This document shows positions 22,954 through 33,000 of a stretch of DNA of 33,000 bases, one piece after another. The stretch lies in assembly GCF_006345805.1 (NCBI RefSeq), contig NC_043012.1:48763001-48796000 (forward strand). The letters are read 5' to 3'. Position 1 is the stretch's first letter. Each line of letters starts with the position of its first letter. Source of the stretch: Octopus sinensis (taxonomy: Eukaryota). Under the pieces are notes generated by a model, which saw nothing but the letters and a program-made list of their open reading frames with translations, made no database searches and had not been told where the DNA came from. A program made the position numbers and the translations under genes.

Positions 22954-23058
22954 TGTATGTATGTATATCTATATGTGTATACACAAACACACACACATAT
23001 ATAAGCATATGCATATGTAAATACATACATATATATATATTTATACATATATACCTAG
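22790..23058. repeat. 150-bp tandem duplication of a compound microsatellite
   Basis: gcatgtat at 22801 and 22951, acacaaacac at 22831 and 22981, ttatacatat at 22891 and 23041. Confidence 0.9.
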
Positions 23059-23446
23059 TTTGGCCATGGGCTCTTAGGAGCCTCCCCGTTCGATTTGTTT
23101 TGCTGCGCCTCTGTTCTGTTTTTGTTCTGCCAACGGAATTCCTATTTCTTCCTGAAGAGAAAGACACAATATGGTCCCCTTATTCAATCGGAATTTGGGA
23201 AATTGTGGCTTTCGAAACACGTGTAGAATGCAATAACAGGAATTCTGTTCAATCTTCGGTCAACTCCATTTCTTCAATTCACTAATAATATTAAAATTCA
23301 ATTATCCGCACCAACGCACGGTTGCAACACCATATGGTTGTACCTCCAACCGTGCTTTCTTCTGCTGTGATTTTTGCTACCAAGGTATCGGTTAAACTTT
23401 TGATTAATCTGCAACAAGATTATTCATCTTTCTATTTCACCAAATA
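23059..23446 (+). mobile_element. Repeat family F, about 390-bp non-coding hammerhead-bearing retroelement (probable PLE-related)
   Basis: Contains the hammerhead at 23136-23245, has a second rearranged copy at 17325-17500, and its boundaries follow from the uninterrupted first unit of the 150-bp duplication. Confidence 0.75.
23136..23245 (+). ncRNA. Type I hammerhead ribozyme, canonical core
   Basis: TTC-CTGAAGA(23152-58)-stem II GAAAG/CTTTC extended by CACAAT/ATTGTG and TCCC/GGGA-GAA-ACACGTGT (palindrome 23217-24)-A(23225)-GAA. Stem I TTC/GAA continues through TATT/AATA and GAATTCC/GGAATTC. Confidence 0.82.
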
Positions 23447-23460
23447 TATACCTATATATA

Positions 23461-23493
<33 letters not shown>

Positions 23494-23849
23494 ATAGCTT
23501 TTTGAAATGTGAGAACATGTTGTAAACTAAATTGTAAGCGCCATATATATGTATAAATATGTATGCATGTGTGTGTATGTGTATGTGTATGTATACATAT
23601 GTATATATTTGTAAGTGAATATATAGATATATTCACTCACAGGTACAGACCTATATATATGTATGTGTGTTTGTTCGTGTGAGTGTATGTGTGTGTCTAT
23701 TTGTGATGTGTGTGTGTTATATTTAAATTGCTCAATAATCTGAAATAAATTTAAATAATATAATCTAAAATATATCCAATTTATGCATTCGAAAGTTACA
23801 CTAGGAAGTCCATAAAATATATCGAAATATGTATCAAGAAATATGTGCA

Positions 23850-24300
23850 TTCCGTTCTTGGCAAAGCTTTACGGCAGCGAGTCATGGCCGATGAGGGTGG
23901 AAGATATTAAACAACTAGAATCCTTCGATCACCTCTGTCTACGCCTCATCCTTCGTGTCCGCTGGCATCACTTTGTCTCCAACAATTCGGTGCGACACCA
24001 GTGCAGAATCACCTCCCTCCGACAAGTCATCCTAACGAGACGTCTGCATTGACTGGGTCATGTCCTCCGTCGTCAACCAGGAGAATTCATCTACGAAGCA
24101 ATTGCCCTAGCTCCCCTTCAGGGTTGATGAAAGCGATGTGGTGGACAGTGAAAAACCTGGCTGATGACAGTCAAGGCTGATCTGGAACCCAACTTAGGCT
24201 CCCGTGTCTACGGCGTTCGCCCCTGGAATAGGGAGCGGTTGGAGATCACGCGGTCGTTAACCTTAAATCGCCAGGCCTGGTCGGCGTTTGTGAGAGATTT
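23850..24300 (+). mobile_element. Decayed RTE-clade LINE, 3' end of the ORF
   Basis: LYGSESW...LESFDHLCLRLILRVRW...VSN..VR...RRLH*LGHVLRR...KTWLMTVKADL...NRQAWSAFV, the typical post-RT C-terminal region of RTE. Confidence 0.88.
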
Positions 24301-24347
24301 ATTAAAATTAATCTCTGCCTCTAGACGATGTGTCATAATTATGAAAT

Positions 24348-26270
24348 GACAATTAAGACCGGCTCTACTCGAGAAGACATGATAATCTCCAGAAGCAAAA
24401 ATTCTCTAGAACTAACTTGCCACTTAGGTAAAGGCTAGGCTTATTGTCTGGCGATAAGAGAAGAGTTGTAGGTAGCTGCTTCTGACTCAATAGCCGTCAC
24501 AAGCACGATGTTTGCCCGACCTTAACTCCTACATGTAAAGGACTTAAACTGTTAAGGGTAGAAAACATTGATGGCCTAGGTAATGTGCATTATATGAACA
24601 AAAATAGGCTTAAGCCTGTTCTTTTCTTTGAAGACATGTTAATTTGGGAGAATACTTGATTCTCGGGATTATCTCCTCTTTTCACGTACAGCTGGTCTTC
24701 ATTGCCATTTGATAATTATGACGCATTGCCTACAGGCAGTCACGAATTTATGTTATATGTTGTTTGATATATGTGTATTGGTCTATCTATTAGAATACAT
24801 GCCACTGACCACTCTGGGGTATTTTCTTTCTCACAATTGTATTTGAATTATACAAATTACCGAGGTCATAAATGTTTTCCACTCTTTTTTTATACATATA
24901 TATTTTTCTTAATGTTGGACAACTGTCGTGCAGATAAGAGTTATTAAGCCTGAAACCTGTGCCCAGGATTGTCCCCCTTATATGCAGGCACACATCCTGT
25001 CCTTTTCATTAATTTTGGAGAACTTTTGATACTTGATATTATCTTCCCTTTTCAAGTAGGCGTGATCTTAATCGCCAAACGAGATCGAGATAATTTTAAT
25101 AATTCAAGAATTCCTCTCGTAAGCTATTTGACTTGTATGTTATTCATGGAATACATAAAACTTGTATGTTGTTCAAATAAGTACACACCACTGGCCACTT
25201 ACAGTTTCTCTTTTTGTTGATATATATGTGTGTGTGCATGTGTTTGTGTTGATGTATACGTATGTAAGCATATATATGTATATATATGTATAGGTACATA
25301 TATGTATACATATGTGTATACGCACACATATATAATCATTAACAAGGACAATGGAATGAACATTTTGTTTTATTACATAGTTTTACAATTACTTTATCGA
25401 AGTGTATTGCTATGTAATAGCAATACACTTGTAAGAATATATTGCAACAGTATTTATATGGGTATTATTACAGAAAATGGATTTTATACATAATCTTGAG
25501 GAGTCGATTTTTTTGAGCTATTACACATGTATTATCAATATAACATAACAATACCTTTCCGATAAAATGTTGATGAAACAATTGTAAAATTCTGTAATAT
25601 AACTAATTACTCAATGCTTCTTGTTGATTATATAAAGTTATGTCGCACGTTGGGATGCCTCTACTACTCAACTCTACTACTCTGTTCTCTCTGCTACGTT
25701 CTAGTCTACCCTGACATCTAGGCTTCTCCCACTATATCTACGTATTGGGCTAGCCTACTTCATCGTCTGGGAGCGTCCACAAAACAAAAGTGTATGAATA
25801 TTTATGCATTTTCTGATATATCATCAGTAAAATTGTCAAGTTCCCTTTTATACTTTTATCTGATAGCCTGTACCCATGGGTGAGCTTAATAAAGCAAACT
25901 CTAAGTTGAAAACTGAAATGAGATTTATATGTGTGTGTGTGTCTGTGTGTATGCGTGGTGTGTGAATAAGATAATAAGAATGGAAAGTCACTGTTTAGTG
26001 TGACATATCTTTCATAAGTAAGATATACTTCGAATATATGTCCATTGCATCATAACATAAAGACATCTCCTTTCCTACCAGGCACGTAACTGCCAGATGA
26101 TAATATTGATTGAAATTGCTGTTGTGTAGCCCTTGTCCTCTTATCAAAATTATTGTCGAGATGATGACTCTTATTAAACCTGAGATCCGTCTTTCCGACT
26201 GTTCTTGTTTGGAGAATTTTTCATACTTAATATTATCTCCCTTTCTCACGTGGAGATGGTCTTAACCTTT
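24348..26270. repeat. Four diverged copies of an unidentified 97-bp unit
   Basis: 24348-24444 (+), 24610-24706 (-), 24944-25076 (-, with about 35-nt insertion), 26174-26270 (-). Consensus about ggcaattaagaccagctctacgtgagaagaggagataatatcaagtatcaaaaattctccaaaattaac, with caggcttaa 34 nt after ttctc. Confidence 0.75.
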
Positions 26271-26693
26271 TGCACACTGTAGGTGCATCACGTCACTATT
26301 TGTGTTTTCTCCCCTGTAGCAACAAGGCAGCAGCAGGGTAAACAATTCTTGATAGAATGCAGTGTGATAAAGGTTGATTGCTATGTTGAATGCGATTGGA
26401 GGTGGAGATAATTGCAATTAAGTGAACTCGAAACATTGACTAATAAATCTGCTGATCTATTGATATTCCTTCGAGTGTTCTACACAGCACAATTCTATAC
26501 TTAATGTCAACGAGTTAATGACCAGGGTCTACATAATTCCTATAAACTGGTATATATATGTGTGTGTGTATGTGCACGCGCGCGTGCGTGTGTTTGTGTG
26601 TGTGTGCGCTCGTCTTTGAGTCCGTGTTTTTTCTCCACCACTGCCTGACAGTCAGTGTTAGTTGGACTTGCGACACTTTTGCAGAATAGCAAC

Positions 26694-26725
<32 letters not shown>

Positions 26726-27721
26726 CGCACATATATATGTAATGTATCTATATATATATGTACATATATTAGAAAGTTTTGAGATGATGTACAGGTATTT
26801 TATATTAGAAGAAATGAGGAACTCAGAAATTCAGATGGATTTATATTTACAGATATTTATTTGTATATTACATGTTTTTATACATCATATAACTTATATC
26901 ATATATCATATATTAGCGCTTTCGTCCATTCTGGTGGATTTTTCAAATGGACGAAAGCGCTAATATATGATATATGTACATATATATACACATGCATACA
27001 GAGAAGCATACATATATGTATATACATATACGCATACTCACACGTGTATACGAGTAAACGTAGATTAAAATCCCTTTAGGCGTTTATTCTCATCTTTTTA
27101 ACATTTATCTGTTTTATGCTATTGTTCAGACATATTTACTTGTATGATGTGTGTGTGTATGTATGTGTGTGTGCGCGCGCGTGCACGTGCACGTGAGTTT
27201 GAGCACCCAATGGAAGCCACTCTTGGATCACTCATTAATGCAGTCATGCTTACAGAAACAGCGCATATGGTTACAGTTTGAACGTATTTGGCCATAAGTA
27301 TTCTCAGTCGGAGATGACCTGAGTAGAACCAATCATAAAATGGCGAAATTTGCATCACAAAATCACAAAATGGCGAAATTTCCGTGTGGGCATCTATATC
27401 CGTATTTCTTATGAACGTTATAAATATGTTCTCAAATAAAAAGAGATTAATTGATGTCTGTCCGATAATTTCTTACCAATTTTAGAATTGTGTTTAGCTC
27501 TAAAGTAAAACTGTTCAGTCTTCCTATAAGGCTTAATTTAATATTCGGCATTTATTTGATGAACTCAGAAATAAAGACCGATGTAAAGAAGGTGGAAAAG
27601 AAAAGAAGAAAACGAAATGAGAGGAAGAAATAAGAGATGGGGGTGGAAGAAAATTCTGGGATAAGAGAAAGAAGGCAAATATCGCGAGAGAGAACATATG
27701 GTGCTAGCGAGCCGAAATAAA

Positions 27722-27916
27722 CGCAAACAGAATCGTGAGAGCATCGGATGGAATGCTTTTTGGTATTTAGTAATGCTTTTTTTTGGGGGGGGGGGATTCT
27801 GAACTCAAATTCCTTCGAGTTTGACCCTGCCTTTCATACTTCGAGAGTCAATAAAATGAATAACAGCCAATATAATCGATTGTTTCCCTCGTCTAATATT
27901 TCTGGTCACATGCCAA
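27722..27916 (+). mobile_element. Diverged SINE type C
   Basis: cagaatcgtgag...aatgct...ggtattt, ttctgaactcaaattcc...gcctttcat...tcaataaaat...taatcgatt; collinear with 9061-9266. Confidence 0.65.
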
Positions 27917-30168
27917 TGGTACCCCCCTCCCCACTTATTATACCACGAATTCACTCCATCACTCACTACGTTACTGTATTACCTAATATGTACTATTCGA
28001 CGGCGTAAAGCCATAACTTTATGAGAAAGAGAAATTCTGTAACGTTTATACTTAGTTCCACGGGCAATTGCGGTGTGAATCGTAAAATGTTTCGCATTTG
28101 TGCTGTCTGGAAAGAATTTAGAGATGAAGTCTTGTGTTGAAACTGATGTAGATATGTTTTGAGAGGATCATACTGTCAATAAAAACACACACATTGATTA
28201 TGTTTCATTTCACTTTAATTGCAAATTTATTAAAAAATTTATCAATAATGAGGTAAAACGAACAAACGCAAAACAACAATGAAACCTGATCGTAAATAAC
28301 CGCACTTCTTGTTTCCTGAGTGTTAGGGTTGTGTTGTTGTTCATCCTCAGATCAGCCGTGAATAATTGAACATATGAACAAACGATTATTCTGCTTTGAT
28401 TCGGGTATCATTTTTTAATATTAGCTTATCTAAATTAGCCTTAGATATAATCTTAAAAACGGTAGGGTTTAATAGAAGCAAAATTTGTATTCTACTTCTA
28501 CTAAGCCAGACTACGTTGATATTTCTACTATGCCAGAGTAGAACTGCACTGTAGTTATTAAATGTAGCTCAGTTGTACACTAGTGTATTGTGAAGTGTAG
28601 TGAGGTGTGCTCACAAAAGTAACAGAATTATCTAGTTTAAAATAGTGCTGAAATACAAAGTAATGATGAAATGAGATTATATTTATCTCAAATACGTCCA
28701 AATATAGATGACTGTGCTTTTAAATTATCATTCCTTTACTATGTTCTTCAACGATAGCAGAATGTAGACAATTTCAGCAAAAATATATCAATTTCATATT
28801 TCTCATTGGTAAAAATGCTTCATTTTTTTAAATAAATAAATAAATGATTAATAATTTAGTGAAGTCTTGATTTCATTTATAAGCTAGAATATATAAATAT
28901 TTTTTCAAGCATAATTTTATTCGCTCTCAAGTATGCTGTAAATAAAAGGCAAACTTAAAGGACTTAAGGATCGAGAGGACTCTTTGTTAGTTCACATCCG
29001 CTTTAAGGCAATATAAATTGAAGAGTATTAAAGTTATAAGTCGAAGGCTTCAGTTTTATAAGAGGAAATAATGAGATTATATAACATTCATGCCTTTCAT
29101 AAAATTATTTTGAACCTAAGTAAATAGAAATAACAAACTTACAGGAAACGAATTCAGGCCGTGGACTCTGTCTGCTCTCTAGGAATTTGGTTTGGTTCTT
29201 CGGCATCTATATTCTGTAACACCTAATATCAAATAACAAGACCGGACGGAAACACTTTACTAACCTCTGTAATTTAGCTTTCATCTTAATTCCGTACTAT
29301 ATGATCAGTGAAGACAATAATTTATAGACTTCTATCGAATTACTTTAAAACACCTCTTTGCTTATAAATTGACCAATTTGTTATAGTATTAGTGTTAATA
29401 CATATTCTCGTGGTTGGCTGCTTGTCTCGTGAGCTGAACTATTTAACAATGAGATATTACTATGTACGGAAGGTACATAGTTAACTTTGTTTACTCTTTG
29501 ATTTTACTTCAAGTTTATGAGAATCGTATAAGAGCCTTATCCGCCTACCCTGTGTACGTTGATAGCTGTAGTGCAGAAGCAATAGCAACAGGGACGAGAG
29601 AGGGGTCGAAGGAAGGGGGCAGTCAGAAGAAAGAAAACAGAGAGGAGAATACAGTTTCATTGCGAGGGAAGGTTTACTTATTACGCTCTTTTAAATTAAT
29701 CACTATTTATTAAATTAGAGGAAACTTTGGGGCACTGATTACGTGCAGGTAACTTTGAGATGCTGATTGAATCAAATTGCATGGTATCACACGGCCAAGA
29801 GAGGTCAACAGTTTGTATTGTGTCAAAGGTATTTCATTGTGCCCTTGGCTAAGACATTTAACTATGTACATAGCCTAATGGTGAGCAAGAGCCACAGGGA
29901 AAGAAAAAACTCCTTATTTCTAACAGCAGTAGCAAAATAATTTTGTGTGACTAAAAGGAGAGCTTTTCTGCTAATTACAGGAATAATCTCAATTAATCGA
30001 TGTTTCCTAACTCCCTATATTATATATGCGCGGTTATCGTAAAAAGACAAACGTGGGCATTTCTTTTAATCTGAAGAAGTCAGTTTTTCTCCATATCTAA
30101 ATATAGAGAATTTCTTCCAGAAAGAATGAAAGAAAATAAAAAAAAAAAAAAAAAATATTCACGGAGAA

Positions 30169-30252
30169 TCGAACCCAGTACTTGCTGGTACTTTATTTAT
30201 CAACCTCGAAAGGAATAAAAGTGAAATTTACCTGGGGAGGATTTGACCTCAG
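30169..30252 (-). mobile_element. SINE type C core fragment
   Basis: Minus strand ctgaggtcaaatcc...ttcctttcgaggttgataaataaagtaccagcaagtactgggttcga. Confidence 0.65.
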
Positions 30253-30467
30253 ACCATGTTAGTCGACTTTCAAAGGACGCTTGAATTTATAATTAGTGGT
30301 CCCTAAAGTTTTCTTCGGATTGTGTTACATTAGTTTAGACTACTTAAGTAAAGGTCACCCCGATGATTTGAATGGTCTCATAAACCAACTCAATTTTATC
30401 GTAGACATGTTGTCTCATCTCTTCTTTTTACCTACTTCAGTAGTCTTTGCTCCTCAGATTTAGCTAG

Positions 30468-30468
<1 letters not shown>

Positions 30469-30547
<79 letters not shown>
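30469..30547. repeat. (TA)n-(TG)n microsatellite
   Basis: Direct reading. Confidence 0.95.
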
Positions 30548-30549
<2 letters not shown>

Positions 30550-30763
30550 CATTCACCCATCTCCAGCCTAAACCATCCTATCTCTTCTGCTATCGTCACT
30601 TATCAGCCATATCAATCACACCAATCTCGAAGGACTCACCTCCCAACTAAAACTTTCACAGGCAAAAAATTCACACCAGTACACAAATATACATCCATCC
30701 ATACATATTACATATATATGTGCGTATTTAGGTATACACATATATACACATATATACATCTAC

Positions 30764-30794
<31 letters not shown>

Positions 30795-30845
30795 AATATA
30801 TATATATATATATAATATAGTGTTTATTTATTTATATGTATATGA

Positions 30846-30893
<48 letters not shown>

Positions 30894-31476
30894 ATAGTGT
30901 CTGGGAATTAACTTTTCTTTGATACCAATAGAGTTGTCTGGCTAATGTGTCATGTTGGATTAATGTGTTTAATACCGTCTTATCTAACCAAATATAAAGT
31001 AAAGTATGTAGTCTGTAATTTTAGAGAGAAGAACTCAACATTCAACACGTTAACCAGTCATAAATAATGCTGTATCTTTTCACACACACACACAGACGAA
31101 ATATTACTCATAAAGCACACACAAACATTGATAAATGAAACACATGTGTATATATTTCTACAGACACATACTCACACAGAAACAGATAAACTGCCGGTAT
31201 CGTTGTCGTATTTTTTATGCCAGGACGGTCCTGACTAAACAGGCCCATGTTAAAAGATCTCCGAATCATGAGTCTTTCTCCTATGTGCAGAGAGCTCAGA
31301 ATCGGATCGCCCGGCTTACATATTTTTTAGTGATAGCAGTGAAAAGTTTAAAAGAGACTTGGTAGCTATTTCCAGCATATCAAGCAACCTCAAACAGGAT
31401 CTCTCACTGGCTCGCCAAAATGTAGATTTGATTGTTAATATTGTGCCGTACTACTGATACGATACAAATTCCATAG

Positions 31477-31718
31477 AAACTACTTCATCAGGTGTGATGG
31501 TCTTCTTTGAGGTAAGGTTGTACAATGATCTACTAGTAATTGGTAATAAATATCACAATTGGTGCGGTTGTCACTGTTGTTGCATGCTAATACATTATAA
31601 TTACTGCTTTTAGCTGAAACATTTTTCTTCTGTTGCAGTGATTAACCTGAATATGGAAGTGGAATTGACAAATCGATTTGGTTGGATAGAAGTGCTGTCA
31701 GTTCCACGGTGTGACTAA
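31477..31718 (+). other. Candidate exon / 127-nt intron / exon unit of an unidentified transcript
   Basis: aaattccatag|31477-31511|gtaagg ... tgctaat branch-like motif ... tttttcttctgttgcag|31639. Splice signals are strong but no coherent long ORF results. Confidence 0.35.
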
Positions 31719-32478
31719 TCGATGAACAAGAATAAAGCGTCAGCGAAGAAAACGATCACAATTTTGGCCTGGCAAAAGAAGTTCTAGGAAAATATCGCAT
31801 TTCAGTTTTTAAAAATCCATAATAATTAGTAATTCGTATTTATTTGCTGTCACAGTAAAGAAATGACAAAAAGAGAGTGAGTGATATTAGAAATAAAATG
31901 AAAGTGATTGGAAGGATGAGGTGATTGTCCCACTACCTTGATGGGAAAACAGGGAAAAGGTAAATGAGAATGAGAGAATTATGATGAGAATGATTAGGAG
32001 CAAAAGGTTAGCTTTATTTTGCTTTAAGCAGGATATGTAACAGAAAAACAATATCTTGATAAATAACCCGGCATTTTGTTATGAATTTTGTGTTAAATGA
32101 TAATTCCGGATAAATGATAATTAATGTAAATATTTCAGTGATTTGTAAATAACATTTTAATCTTTTTGTACAAGTAATATTATTTTTGATTATTATTTTT
32201 TTTATACCATTAAACTGTTTGTAAAAAGAAAAAGAGCTGTTTATGCTATTATATACCATTGTGACCCTTTATTTTATTTTTGTGTGTTGACATGCACTAT
32301 CACATTTACAAATTTTGGGGTTCAGATTTTTATTTAAGATCAAAACGTAATGTTTTAGTATTAAGTACAAAGTGCAAAGTCTTTTAGGTAAGATATTTGT
32401 CAATAGTTTCACCAATCGTTCTGCCTATTCACTGTAAGTAATACAACTAGCAGTTAAAATAATTAAACAAATATCCTC

Positions 32479-32858
32479 TGTATGAAAAGTCTGGCTGCAT
32501 ACACGTTAGCATATGTCAGGTGCATACAATTGACAACACAGTTAATTAAGATTTATTCAGTGAGTTCTATTCAACACATGTTTACACGTGGAATCCATTA
32601 GATGAAGGCATTTTCAAAGTTTTGGCCGATAAAGTTGAACTGAAAAACCCTACAACGAGGCATAAATTGCACGAAGCCGTTTTGCAGTCTTGGGAAGAGC
32701 TATCTGAGCGGAAAATTCGTGGATGTATTCAACATCAAACTTGTGTTCGGCGTCAAATAGTTGACTGTCGTGGTGGTAACATATTCGTGTAATAAATTTT
32801 GTGTTTATTTTTGTTTCATAATATATATTTTTTCGGATGCAGCCAGACTTTTCACACA
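32479..32858 (+). mobile_element. Tc1/mariner internal-deletion derivative (MITE-like)
   Basis: 22-bp TIRs tgtatgaaaagtctggctgcat / atgcagccagacttttcacaca (1 mismatch) enclose the open transposase C-terminus WNPLDEGIFKVLADKV...LHEAVLQSWEELSERKIRGCI...IVDCRGGNIFV*. Confidence 0.85.
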
Positions 32859-33000
32859 TTTTAATGCACTTATTAAATGACAATACATTAATTGCATGTC
32901 ATGATAATATAGCACGTATAAATGAAAGCATTACTCGTATGTAAGAAAAAAAAACAGTCCTGTTTTATTCAATAAAACACATGAAAAAAAACCCATTCGA

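Noticed and set aside
22790-23058. 150-bp period as a nucleosome-positioning unit
   Set aside because: Only two copies; closeness to 147 bp is not evidence.
25556-25589. TTT-CCGATAA-AATGTTGAT-GAA-ACAATTGT-A-AAA hammerhead look-alike
   Set aside because: Perfect palindrome and GUA site, but two non-compensated core changes, 2-3 bp stems and no second copy; could be a relic or chance in AT-rich DNA.
26320-26337. 18-nt microexon candidate after a strong acceptor
   Set aside because: The donor is mediocre and cannot be told from chance without RNA data.
27254-27318. Minus-strand 65-nt exon candidate
   Set aside because: Splice sites are reasonable, but two frames are open and there is no homology or partner exon.
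29514-29671. Plus-strand exon candidate (YENRIRALSAYPVYVDSC...)
   Set aside because: Good acceptor, but weak donor (gtttac) and a purine-rich low-complexity second half.
31123-31155. TTGATAA-AT-GAA-ACACATGTGT-A
   Set aside because: No stem II, poor stem I, and the palindrome is expected in CA/TG repeats.

Overview
This is AT-rich, microsatellite-saturated eukaryotic DNA. The repeat families look like those of an octopus or other coleoid cephalopod (inference from recognition of the repeat types, not verified). I found no intact protein-coding gene, rRNA, tRNA gene or CRISPR array, and most ORFs in the supplied track are translations of simple repeats. The window is a retroelement and transposon graveyard: three tRNA-headed SINE types (called A, B and C here), decayed R4/Dong-type, CR1-type and RTE-type LINEs, a Penelope-like (PLE) reverse-transcriptase fragment, and three internally deleted Tc1/mariner elements, one with DD37D spacing. 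The most notable signal is invisible to the ORF track: type I hammerhead ribozyme (HHR) motifs in four unrelated short repeat families (23136-23245 +, 1106-1156 -, 12642-12677 - with a second copy at 18549-18586 -, and 15437-15475 -). Each has a different palindromic stem III, and two families have non-canonical cores. PLE-associated hammerheads are a known class, so any novelty lies in these families and variants, and catalytic activity is untested. Also present: an unexplained 97-bp repeat in four copies (24.3-26.3 kb), length-conserved 98-bp and 150-bp higher-order repeats, and a few weak exon candidates. All alignments and folds were done by eye; boundaries are approximate unless stated.
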